Positions 46,212 to 54,429 of a stretch of DNA of 64,000 nucleotides are shown here, piece by piece (within the stretch, counting starts at the first letter, position 1; every line of letters begins with the position of its first letter). The stretch lies in contig OY970216.1 in NCBI GenBank assembly GCA_963713955.1, forward strand, positions 296,850 to 360,849, written 5' to 3'. The DNA is from an uncultured bacterium (GTDB taxonomy: Bacteria; Patescibacteriota; Minisyncoccia; UBA6257; GWB1-50-10). The notes beneath the pieces were generated by a model. It did not search any database. It was not told where the DNA came from and was given only the letters and a program-made list of their open reading frames with translations. A program made the translations under genes and the position numbers.

Positions 46212-47654
46212 ATGGACTTAAACGAACTGACCATAAAAGAATTCCATAAGGGGCTTGAGGGAAAAAAGTTTTCCGCGAGGGAAGTGACGGCAGCATTTTT
46301 GAAGGCCATAAAAGAGAAAGACGGTGAATTGAATGCCTACCTGTCTGTTTTTGAGAGTCAAGCTCTTGAAGCAGCCGCGGCCGTGGATAAAAAAATCGCT
46401 TCGGGCGGGGTGGTTCCGGCCTTGGCCGGCGTGCCATTGGCCGTGAAGGATAACATGCTTATTGAAGGCACGAAAACCACCGCCGCTTCCAAGATACTGG
46501 AAAATTACGTGGCTTCATACGATGCGACCGTGATAGGAAAACTCAAGAAGGAGGACGCCGTGTTTTTGGGAAAGACAAATTTGGACGAGTTCGCCATGGG
46601 ATCCTCGACGGAATATTCCGCTTTCAAGAAAACCAAAAATCCCCATGACCTGACGAGAGTCCCGGGTGGATCTTCCGGCGGTTCGGCCGCGGCAGTCGCG
46701 GCTACTATGGCGATGGCAGCCTTGGGGAGCGATACGAGCGGTTCCATATGTCTTCCGGCCGCGTTCTGCGGCGTTGTGGGACTTCGCCCATCGTACGGCT
46801 CGGTATCGCGCTCCGGACTCATAGCCATGGCTTCAAGCCTTGACCAGATAGGTCCGATAACCAAGACAGTGGAGGACGCGGAAATTTTATTCAGGAGCAT
46901 CGCGGGAAGAGACGATCTGGATTCCACAAGCATCGACTATTCTTACGAAGAAGTGAAAGATTTGGAGAACGTCAAAAAGTTGAGAGTGGGTTTACCGAAG
47001 GAATTCTTCGTATCGGGTCTCAGCAAGGAAATCGAGGAGGGCATCGAGTCCGCCATTCAAAAGCTCAAAAAGCTTGGGTTGGAATTCAAGGAAGTGAACC
47101 TTCCCCATGCGAAATACGCCTTGTCTTGTTATTACATCATTATGCCCGCGGAAGTGAGTTCAAACCTCGCCCGTTTCGAAGGAGTGCGGTACCCGGGAAT
47201 ACCCGAGGTGAGAAAAGAAGCGGAGAGTTTGAGTGATCTTTATCTCAGAACACGGGGTGTCGGATTCGGACTCGAACCGAGGCGGCGCGTTTTGCTCGGG
47301 ACGTTCGTCTTGTCGGCCGGCTACTATGACGCATATTACGCCAAAGCCCAGAAAGTAAGACGCTTGATCAAAAACGATTTTGACGATGCATTCAATGACG
47401 TTGATGTAATCATGGCGCCGGTTACGCCGACGCCGGCATTCAAATTAGGAGAAAAAGTTTCGGATCCGCTGATGATGTATCTGTCAGATATTTTTACGAC
47501 ACAGACAAACCTCGCCGGAGTTCCGGCTCTATCACTCCCGGTTAAGAAATACGAACTCGGTGGGGGAGAATTGCCCGTAGGGTTCCAGCTGATCGGAAAA
47601 CGTTTCGAGGAAAACAAAATTCTCGCGCTCGGCAAACTTTACGAGAAAAGCTGA
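46212..47654 (+). CDS. gatA: Asp/Glu-tRNA amidotransferase subunit A
   Basis: Amidase signature GGSSGGSAAAVAA; Ser-cisSer-Lys triad context. Confidence 0.9.
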   Translation: MDLNELTIKEFHKGLEGKKFSAREVTAAFLKAIKEKDGELNAYLSVFESQALEAAAAVDKKIASGGVVPALAGVPLAVKDNMLIEGTKTTAASKILENYVASYDATVIGKLKKEDAVFLGKTNLDEFAMGSSTEYSAFKKTKNPHDLTRVPGGSSGGSAAAVAATMAMAALGSDTSGSICLPAAFCGVVGLRPSYGSVSRSGLIAMASSLDQIGPITKTVEDAEILFRSIAGRDDLDSTSIDYSYEEVKDLENVKKLRVGLPKEFFVSGLSKEIEEGIESAIQKLKKLGLEFKEVNLPHAKYALSCYYIIMPAEVSSNLARFEGVRYPGIPEVRKEAESLSDLYLRTRGVGFGLEPRRRVLLGTFVLSAGYYDAYYAKAQKVRRLIKNDFDDAFNDVDVIMAPVTPTPAFKLGEKVSDPLMMYLSDIFTTQTNLAGVPALSLPVKKYELGGGELPVGFQLIGKRFEENKILALGKLYEKS

Positions 47655-48319
47655 TTAGCCTTTTCGAGATCTTCAGGAGTTCCCACCGGGAACCATAATT
47701 TTGCGAATACAGCTTTAACTTTGTAATCTTTTATCATTTTCGAAAGTGCGTAGGAAAGATACTTCTCTTTCCCTTCCGGCACCCCGGGCTCATAATCGAA
47801 AATCTCGCCGTTCAAAAGGAGACCATTTGCAAGAACAATGTTCGACAGCGGGTTTTCCGGCTTCTCGATGATTTCTTTTATGTTACCGTCGGGGTCCAGC
47901 GTGACAACGCCGAATTTTTGCGGTTCGTTCGACGTCGAAACGGCAGCGGCAAGATCGTACTTTACCATCTCGCGGAGCGTCGCGGGGTCTATGAGATCGT
48001 CTGAATAGAAGACGAAGAATTTTTCCTCTCCTTCAAGTTTTTTCCGGCAGAGCTTCAAGGCTTCCATGGTTCCGGAAGCGGGATTTTCCTGAAAGACGTA
48101 GTTTACCCTTTTTCCCGTGAATTCACCTCCCAGGAAGCTTTTTATTTGATCGCCTTTGTATCCGATAACGACGATTATCTCCGTGACCTCGGGAGGGAAA
48201 GCGGATATGATGCGTTCGATGAGCGGCCTGCCGGCTATTTTAAGAAGCGGTTTGGGAATTTCGTTTGTGAGAGGCCGCATCCGGGTTCCCAAGCCGGCGG
48301 CCAAAATAACTGCTTTCAT
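47639..48319 (-). CDS. sugar-phosphate nucleotidyltransferase (NTP_transferase family)
   Basis: MKAVILAAGLGTRMRPLTNEIPKPLL is a canonical N-terminal motif; start trimmed to ATG 48317-48319 to avoid tRNA-Asp. Confidence 0.8.
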   Translation of the reverse strand: MKAVILAAGLGTRMRPLTNEIPKPLLKIAGRPLIERIISAFPPEVTEIIVVIGYKGDQIKSFLGGEFTGKRVNYVFQENPASGTMEALKLCRKKLEGEEKFFVFYSDDLIDPATLREMVKYDLAAAVSTSNEPQKFGVVTLDPDGNIKEIIEKPENPLSNIVLANGLLLNGEIFDYEPGVPEGKEKYLSYALSKMIKDYKVKAVFAKLWFPVGTPEDLEKANQLFS

Positions 48320-48331
48320 GAATGTCTTCTG

Positions 48332-48406
48332 CGGGGTGGACGGGATTTGAACCCGCAACCTATTCCGTGACAGGGAATCGTGCAAACCAGGTTACACCAC
48401 CACCCC
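48332..48406 (-). tRNA. tRNA-Asp (anticodon GTC)
   Basis: Hand-folded: acceptor ggggtgg/ccacccc, anticodon stem attcc/ggaat, loop cuGUCac, T-arm gcggg-ttcaaat-cccgt; 75 nt. Confidence 0.8.
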
Positions 48407-48451
48407 ACGCTCCATAAGATTAATTTATATTGAAGTATTTTTCAAATACGG

Positions 48452-50206
48452 CTACACAACTTCCGCTTGATAGCACTGATCGCAATATATCCTTAGTTTT
48501 CTTCCTGGGTTGTACGCTGTCTGAATCTTTTTGGAACATCTCAAACAGGTAGAATCCACGAGTTTATATGGGTTCCTTTTCTTGAATCTGTCCATGAGGC
48601 GCACCTGCGGGTGCAGCCTGGGAATCGGGATTGAATGTTTCCGGTAGAACTCCAATTCTGATTTTATGATTCTGAACGGCTTTTTAGACTCCTCGCATAT
48701 GATAGCAAAGTTCAGAATATCGTCTGAAGCGTCTTTGATGTTCGTGGGCGTCTTGTCAAGTACTTTGAGATCCATCGACTCTATTCTGAGGTTCTCCGGT
48801 TTCAGATTGACGTCCATTTCTCTCTGTTCTTCCGGACTCAGGGGCGAAATGGCTTGAGCATAGGTGTCCTCGTAGTAGAAAAATGAATCATGGAGCGGAA
48901 GGAACTCTCCATATACGCCGTCCGAAACCATGCGGGTTTTAATCGTGTCCACTAAGCGCCAGTATTCGTCTTCGGAATACTGCTTGTTTAAGATGCAATA
49001 CTTCTTCTTTTTCAATCCCGAGCATCCGAAGCAGTAACGGCAATCGGAGCACTCAAAGGAGTATTCGACCTCTGTGCAGTCGTTAACGAAGTAAGACGAG
49101 ATCACTTTGTTCACCGATAACCCTTCGATGGTGTTGTAACATTGTTCGCCCGGCCCGAATATAGTCACATCCATACAATCTTCCGCGCCGATGAAATCCT
49201 GGCTGTATCGGACGTTCTCGTTTTTGTAGAAGGTCAAAACCCACTTGGCGCTCATGCCATGAAAGGACTGGAAACAATTTTTGCAGTCCCTCAGATGGTC
49301 GCCCGTCGAATTGGGAGAACTGATGGTGAGCGTCGCCCTGAAGATAGCGTTCGTATCCATGAAGCTGCTGAACTTCTTCCGGAACTCTTCAGAGACCGCG
49401 CTGTCTCCCAAGTCTATGCGAAAAATTCTCTCTTTGTAATCTGCTTCTGAAAGCTGTTCGTTGAGATAACAGAACTTCTTATTGCGCAGGTTGACGCATC
49501 CGAAACAATCCTGGCAGTTATGGCAGTCGAATAGAAATGCCGAATTGGAGCAGTTACTGGAATTTTGGATGTACTTCGAATTATAGATATGATCCGAATC
49601 TATGATTTCATAGGAATACTGAACGTGATCGGCGCCGAGGAGATCGATTGAATCTTGGGAATAAAGAACCCAGAGGCCATAGGAGATGTTTTCGGCTATG
49701 CCGATCGTGGACGAGAGATAGCAGTTCTTTATGCTGAGGCTATCGACCGTGTATTCGCTATTCACAACGTCCTTGTTGTATCTCGCCAATGCTCTGTGAG
49801 GAACGTCTTGTATTAACTTGAGGAGCTGATCTTGGAACTTTCCGTTGGGGTCGTAGTCACGACCGAAAGACATCGGGTCCCATTGGGCAGGATTCCACCA
49901 ATATTGATTGTCGTAGATTTTGTATTTGTTCTCCTCGCTTATTTGGGATACGACTCTTTCCTCGGGGTGAGCCGAGCACCCTTTTTTGTAAAACTGAAAG
50001 ATATTGGCCATCATAGCCATCCGCTTTCTCATCCGGCAATCGGGGCATTCTCGGGGCGGCAATATATTCAGTTTTTCTACAAACCTAATATCTTCTTCGG
50101 ACAATTCGAACTCCTCGTTAGAGTTTGAGCATCTCCTTTTACCCGGGGTGGTCGTTTTCCAAACCTCTCGCAACACTTCATCGAACTTCGGTGTCTTTGA
50201 ATCCAT
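48452..50206 (-). CDS. hypothetical Cys-rich protein with internal beta-helix-like repeats and terminal zinc-ribbon-like motifs
   Basis: 584 aa; repeated units SNCSNSAFLFDCHNCQDCFGCVNLRNKKFCYLNEQLSEADY and YSFECSDCRYCFGCSGLKKKKYCILNKQYSEDEY; N-terminal CPDC and C-terminal CLRC..CDQC; no family recognised. Confidence 0.45.
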   Translation of the reverse strand: MDSKTPKFDEVLREVWKTTTPGKRRCSNSNEEFELSEEDIRFVEKLNILPPRECPDCRMRKRMAMMANIFQFYKKGCSAHPEERVVSQISEENKYKIYDNQYWWNPAQWDPMSFGRDYDPNGKFQDQLLKLIQDVPHRALARYNKDVVNSEYTVDSLSIKNCYLSSTIGIAENISYGLWVLYSQDSIDLLGADHVQYSYEIIDSDHIYNSKYIQNSSNCSNSAFLFDCHNCQDCFGCVNLRNKKFCYLNEQLSEADYKERIFRIDLGDSAVSEEFRKKFSSFMDTNAIFRATLTISSPNSTGDHLRDCKNCFQSFHGMSAKWVLTFYKNENVRYSQDFIGAEDCMDVTIFGPGEQCYNTIEGLSVNKVISSYFVNDCTEVEYSFECSDCRYCFGCSGLKKKKYCILNKQYSEDEYWRLVDTIKTRMVSDGVYGEFLPLHDSFFYYEDTYAQAISPLSPEEQREMDVNLKPENLRIESMDLKVLDKTPTNIKDASDDILNFAIICEESKKPFRIIKSELEFYRKHSIPIPRLHPQVRLMDRFKKRNPYKLVDSTCLRCSKKIQTAYNPGRKLRIYCDQCYQAEVV

Positions 50207-50290
50207 ACCTATAATCTTATCATCTGGTGGATGCTTTTAAAGCTGCATAACATCGCCAAAACACCCACCCTGTAAGGAATTCGAGCACCC

Positions 50291-50605
50291 CTAACTTGAG
50301 TTAGTCTGGTTTTGGCTCGTTGTTACACTGAACCTCGTTATCCAAACAAAAAGCAACCCCACCACAAAAAGAATCGCTCCCGGAGCGGCATCGGAAATAT
50401 TTATTCCTAAGAGAGTCGTTGTCCAGTTCGCTAGTGGTCCGGTTATTCCGTGCAAGAAGAGAATTATCCCTCCGATCACGCAAGCAAGCCCCAAGATAAG
50501 ACCAGCTATCGAGTATATGAACTGGAATTTGACGGCCTTTCTCCAAAGTTCCCTGTCTTCGGGATTTTGGGGAGGAGTTACTTCCAAAGTTTTGAATATT
50601 CTCAT
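50291..50605 (-). CDS. small 3-TM membrane protein
   Basis: 104 aa. Confidence 0.4.
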   Translation of the reverse strand: MRIFKTLEVTPPQNPEDRELWRKAVKFQFIYSIAGLILGLACVIGGIILFLHGITGPLANWTTTLLGINISDAAPGAILFVVGLLFVWITRFSVTTSQNQTNSS

Positions 50606-50663
50606 GCTGTAATCATAAAGACCGATCGGCCTTTTCTGTTAAAGGATTTCTAGTTGATACGCT

Positions 50664-51047
50664 CTACACAAATCCTTTGTAAAGCAAGATCAAGCCTAGG
50701 ACAAAAGCGACGATTCCACCGAAGATAAGTATGCCGTCCCTGTTCGCCCACTTGTATACCGAAACGGCAGAATTCGGGAAGAGGAGGAGGAAAGCCCCCT
50801 TGATCAAGGTCAGCCAGCCCAGAATCGTAATGAGCAATGCCAACAAGCCAGAAGCCCAGATATTGTTCAGTACAACGAGCACAGCACCCATGGACAAGAT
50901 GAGAAAACCCCACAACCATAAGAACCCTCGGTCCTGAACTGTCTTTTCAAGAGCGGCAGCTATATTCTTCCGGTCGGTAACTACCGATAGGCCCATTACT
51001 GCGAGAAGAATCCCCAAGAATTGGGCAATAGCGATGGAGGTGTTCAT
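50664..51047 (-). CDS. small 4-TM membrane protein
   Basis: 127 aa; preceded by conserved motif A (51119-51177). Confidence 0.4.
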   Translation of the reverse strand: MNTSIAIAQFLGILLAVMGLSVVTDRKNIAAALEKTVQDRGFLWLWGFLILSMGAVLVVLNNIWASGLLALLITILGWLTLIKGAFLLLFPNSAVSVYKWANRDGILIFGGIVAFVLGLILLYKGFV

Positions 51048-51118
51048 TTATTTATGTTGATGATATAAGACCGACCTTTTGATTATTATAGCACTCTTAT
51101 GGGACTATTTTTCTTCTT

Positions 51119-51177
51119 CCTGTTCGAACGTGTGGACTTACTCAACTTCAGCCATTCCATGAGTTTGTGCAATCATT
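51119..51177 (-). promoter_or_regulatory. conserved ~59-nt upstream motif, copy A (about 80% identical to 52079-52137)
   Basis: Minus-strand reading ..cacaaACUCAuggaauggcugaagUUGAGUaaguccacacGUUCGAACag..; upstream of the 127-aa membrane gene. Confidence 0.35.
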
Positions 51178-51183
51178 CAGGAA

Positions 51184-51972
51184 TTAATTTTCGTCGTCGA
51201 TGAACAACTCATAATACGAAAGCATGATAGGGGTTCCCCAAACGATCCAGAAAGTAAATTCCTCAAAAGGGAATGTCAATCCGAAAAGCTGGATTGTCCC
51301 TATGTATTGTCCCGGGAAGCGCCATTGGTTCAGTTTAAGAGCCGTGAGTTCGAAGCTCAAGAACAAAAAAATGTTGAAAACATCTGCTTTCAGTAACTTT
51401 CCGACCATATGGGGGTCTTTGAAGATGACATAAAAGAATGGCAATGCTCCCATAAAACCTATTGCAAGGTATGCATAGTGCCATTGGAGAAGCGAAGGGG
51501 CCGTGAGAAAAATACCCACGACAAGTACAAAAAGTATCAGGGCAAAAATAGCCGCTTTCTTGAAACGCTTCGACATTTTCTCCGATCGCTCGTGTTCGAA
51601 AAAGTGTTCGTAGTAGATAATAGTGAACGATATCCAGAATACATACCAGATAAGCACATCAATGGGCACAAGACCGAATATCTTATTTGGGAAAACAAGT
51701 TGATTTTGCGGTGCCCATGACCACGCTTTATTGAATTCTGCCAAGAGGTCCACAATGAATAGGGTAATAACCCCCGTCGCCAGCGTCGCACCGAGACGTT
51801 TCAATTGTTTTGGCTTGCGGATAAAGAGGTAGAAAGCGGGAATCGCGAAGAAAACGATTGTAGAAGTCAAAAATATTGCCTTGAAATAGAGGATAAGAGG
51901 TATGGAGAAAAGTACCCACCCGACGATGACTAGGAAGTCAACCCGTACCTTATTTTTGAAAATCGCATCCAT
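51184..51972 (-). CDS. polytopic membrane protein (about 7 TM)
   Basis: ORF 51184-52104 trimmed to Met MDAIFKN, which has a GAGGAG SD and TATAAT upstream; the N-terminal extension would overlap conserved motif B. Confidence 0.45.
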   Translation of the reverse strand: MDAIFKNKVRVDFLVIVGWVLFSIPLILYFKAIFLTSTIVFFAIPAFYLFIRKPKQLKRLGATLATGVITLFIVDLLAEFNKAWSWAPQNQLVFPNKIFGLVPIDVLIWYVFWISFTIIYYEHFFEHERSEKMSKRFKKAAIFALILFVLVVGIFLTAPSLLQWHYAYLAIGFMGALPFFYVIFKDPHMVGKLLKADVFNIFLFLSFELTALKLNQWRFPGQYIGTIQLFGLTFPFEEFTFWIVWGTPIMLSYYELFIDDEN

Positions 51973-52009
51973 TTTTTGCTCCTCTGATACTCTTATTATA
52001 CAAACAAAC

Positions 52010-52035
52010 ACCCACCTTGTAAGGTGGGTGTTTTT
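52010..52035. terminator. palindromic hairpin cacccacc-ttgtaa-ggtgggtg plus T-run (terminator-like); related half-sites at 50258-50277 and 53694-53719
   Basis: 8-bp perfect stem followed by ttttt on the plus strand and ttgtttgt on the minus strand. Confidence 0.4.
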
Positions 52036-52078
52036 CCTAAGTAAGCAACAGTAAGCAACTTGTTGCGAAGCCTGAACG

Positions 52079-52137
52079 CTGTTCGAACTTGCGGACTTGC
52101 TCAACTTCTGCCGTTCAGTGAACTTGTGAAATCATTT
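52079..52137 (-). promoter_or_regulatory. conserved ~59-nt upstream motif, copy B
   Basis: ..cacaagUUCAcugaacggcagaagUUGAGCaaguccgcaaGUUCGAACag..; compensatory changes relative to copy A at a putative 5-bp stem (A-U to G-C, C-G to U.G). Confidence 0.35.
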
Positions 52138-52224
52138 TTGTAGAAAGGGGATTAGGAAGAAAGAGAGGAAAAAATGACGGAAGGGACAAAAAAACAAAAG
52201 CCGCCCCAATGGCGGTTTTGTTTT

Positions 52225-52551
52225 TTACTCCACTAATCTTATTTCCCGGTCGAATACGCTCGCTATCTTATGGAGCGTCGCGATGGAGAAATTGTGGGTG
52301 CCGGATTCGATCCTCGCGATGACCGATCTCGGCATCTCGGCCTTCTCCGCGACTTCTCCCTGGGTCATGTGCCGCTTCTCCCGGAGAGTCCTGATCTCAT
52401 GTGCCAGCTTGATCCGGCTCATTTCCTCGGTAAAGGCCTTCCTAAATTCAGGATTCTTCTTCCTCTCCATGATTACTGCTGAGAGAGGAGTGAATTTAAC
52501 AACTTCTTTATTTTTTCTAAGTCCAAAATCTTTCATCTTTTCTATTTTCAT
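52225..52551 (-). CDS. higA: HigA-like antitoxin (XRE-family HTH)
   Basis: HTH TQGEVAEKAEMPRSVIARIESG; directly downstream of the HigB-like toxin; followed by a terminator hairpin. Confidence 0.7.
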   Translation of the reverse strand: MKIEKMKDFGLRKNKEVVKFTPLSAVIMERKKNPEFRKAFTEEMSRIKLAHEIRTLREKRHMTQGEVAEKAEMPRSVIARIESGTHNFSIATLHKIASVFDREIRLVE

Positions 52552-52571
52552 TGTAATCTTAATTTTCTTAT

Positions 52572-52892
52572 TTACTTCTTGATGTTTGTTACCATCCGAT
52601 ATACCTCTTCCGCCCGTTCTATGACCCTTTTGGGCGTCTTCCGGCTTTTCTTTCGGAATGCATCCACGGCATAGATGATGCCCTTCTGTTGGAAATACAC
52701 TATCCGGTACTGGCCGACCGTGAGTTCCATAATCTTGCCCTTGAGGGGCTTGATGTCGAGTTCCTCAGTCAGGCCATTCTCAAGAGACTCGAGGTGGGCG
52801 AGTATTTTCGCAACATCTTTAGTGGAAAGACCTTCCAGGTATTCGGTGACGTCACCGAGCTGCAGTAGCTTCATTAGGTTGTCTAGGTGCAA
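52572..52892 (-). CDS. higB: HigB/RelE-like toxin (phage Gp49/DUF891 family)
   Basis: DIKPLKGKIMELTVGQYRIVYFQQKGIIYAVDAFRKKSRKTPKRVIE matches the Gp49-like HigB core; toxin-first HigBA order. Confidence 0.65.
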   Translation of the reverse strand: MHLDNLMKLLQLGDVTEYLEGLSTKDVAKILAHLESLENGLTEELDIKPLKGKIMELTVGQYRIVYFQQKGIIYAVDAFRKKSRKTPKRVIERAEEVYRMVTNIKK

Positions 52893-52915
52893 GAATCGAC
52901 CTTTGATGCTAGTGT

Positions 52916-52929
52916 AGCATATATGCTAT
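52916..52929. promoter_or_regulatory. 14-bp perfect palindrome tagcatatatgcta upstream of higB (candidate autoregulatory operator)
   Basis: Read from the sequence 24 nt upstream of the higB start. Confidence 0.4.
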
Positions 52930-53108
52930 AGGTGTCAAGAGCGTATCTTCCAGATTTTTTACCCCCTTGCTATCTTTTCGTATATACCCCCTCTCCCTCA
53001 TCGGGGAGAGTAAACTTAACCAGGGCTTCTCTGCGAGAGAGTTGCTGGAAACCGACGATGCATGTTATCCTGATTCAAAAGGCCGGTAAATAAGAAAATG
53101 CTAATAAA

Positions 53109-53627
53109 ATGGGAGGCTTTGAAGAAGTGGGTTCACAAAAATTAGAGCAGGACAAGTTTGCGTCTTTCCGAGAGCGAGCTAAAGATGTCGCTACTGTCGG
53201 AGAGGGATTAATGAATATAGATGCTGCTCACGAAGGGACATTTGCGGATCAAAGACGATTGGAGCAGCTAGCCACAACCCATGAAGAAGAAAGCAGACAA
53301 CTTAACCGGACGGGAGGGCAGCAAAGATCTTTCGCCGAAAGTGCTGAAAGATTGCGTGAGGCGGCTCGAAACAACAAGGAGTGGATAGAGGCTAGATTAA
53401 ATATCCTTTCCACTGAGGAAAGGCAGAGTTACTTGGCAAAAGAGCAGGATCTCGTCGCCCGTTTTGAGGCAACGCAAAAGAACTTAGACAATTACAAGCC
53501 GAGCGATGAACCGGAGCTTATTCGAAATATGCCGGTTCGAAAAAAATTAGAGATCGAGTTCAACGCCGCCAAAGAAGCACTCCGAATACACGAGGCGAGT
53601 TTGATTGAACTGAGTCAGGGGATTTAA
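53109..53627 (+). CDS. hypothetical coiled-coil protein
   Basis: 172 aa, charged and helical; no family. Confidence 0.35.
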   Translation: MGGFEEVGSQKLEQDKFASFRERAKDVATVGEGLMNIDAAHEGTFADQRRLEQLATTHEEESRQLNRTGGQQRSFAESAERLREAARNNKEWIEARLNILSTEERQSYLAKEQDLVARFEATQKNLDNYKPSDEPELIRNMPVRKKLEIEFNAAKEALRIHEASLIELSQGI

Positions 53628-53849
53628 TCTTATCCTCACGATTCTGGATGCTTTGAAGACAGCTGAATATACTGGCAACTTCCCAGAAAACAAGAACACC
53701 CACCTTGTAAGGTAGGCATTCTGGGCAATCTCAACAAGTTGTCACAAGCTTCAATGTTTTCGACAAGTAATACTTTTATATTGACAGGTGTGTAGTTCGG
53801 TTGTAGCCTTACTGCATCATCTTTCGCAATTTTAAAAAGGAGCGAGTTA

Positions 53850-54095
53850 ATGCAAAGACTAGTTTCGGTTACAGAGAGTGTATGCGAATCCATGAAGGTA
53901 CCCTTGTGGGTAATGGAAGCTGCCGTTGGGAAGCAAGTGCCGGCTGAGGAAGGACCGAACGAGGAATTGTGGCTCAAGAAAATCGATTTGATCTCGGTTC
54001 TTGAAAAGAAAAGTGAGCGTCAGGCGGCAGACTGGATCCGCAGGAATGTAAACCAAGATACCATTGTAGTGCCTCAAGTATTACTTCAGGCGTAG
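53850..54095 (+). CDS. hypothetical small protein
   Basis: 81 aa. Confidence 0.3.
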   Translation: MQRLVSVTESVCESMKVPLWVMEAAVGKQVPAEEGPNEELWLKKIDLISVLEKKSERQAADWIRRNVNQDTIVVPQVLLQA

Positions 54096-54193
54096 GCGTA
54101 CACAGAGCAGGCCCAGGCAGTTGTAGCCGGACCTCCCTTATTTTATACCCCCGATCTCATGAGGTGGATATTTTTGCCGAAGTGGGCAACTTG

Positions 54194-54265
54194 TTGCGGG
54201 GGCAGGATTCGAACCTGCGACCTCCGGGTTATGGGCCCGACGAGCGACCGCTGCTCCTCCCCGCG
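54194..54265 (-). tRNA. initiator tRNA-fMet (anticodon CAT)
   Basis: cgcgggg 5' end with a C1-A72 mismatch; three G-C pairs closing the anticodon stem (tcggg-cccataa-cccgg); nearly colinear with my recollection of E. coli tRNA-fMet. Confidence 0.8.
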
Positions 54266-54333
54266 GTTCATAAAACAAATGAATTATACTTGTAAAGAGG
54301 GTATAAGTCAATTTATAATTGAATAAATCATTT

Positions 54334-54407
54334 GGCTGGGTAGCTCAGTCGGTTAGAGCGTGGCCCTCATAAAGCCGAGGTCGTGGGTTCGAATCCCACC
54401 CCAGCCA
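54334..54407 (+). tRNA. tRNA-Met or tRNA-Ile2 (anticodon CAT)
   Basis: Acceptor ggctggg/cccagcc, D-arm gctc-agtcggtta-gagc, anticodon loop cuCAUaa, T-arm gtggg-ttcgaat-cccac; 74 nt. Confidence 0.75.
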
Positions 54408-54429
54408 CAAAAATGTATATCATAAAAAT

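Noticed and set aside
41486-48406. Integrase or recombinase next to tRNA-Ala or tRNA-Asp
   Set aside because: I scanned the ORFs flanking both tRNAs. None has tyrosine or serine recombinase motifs. The islands therefore lack an identifiable integration enzyme in this window.
54194-54407. Divergent tRNA-fMet / tRNA-Met pair as a duplicated or pseudo-tRNA
   Set aside because: Both fold cleanly with distinct identity elements. The initiator has C1-A72 and three G-C pairs in the anticodon stem. The elongator has a standard D-arm. They are two genuine genes rather than a duplication artefact.
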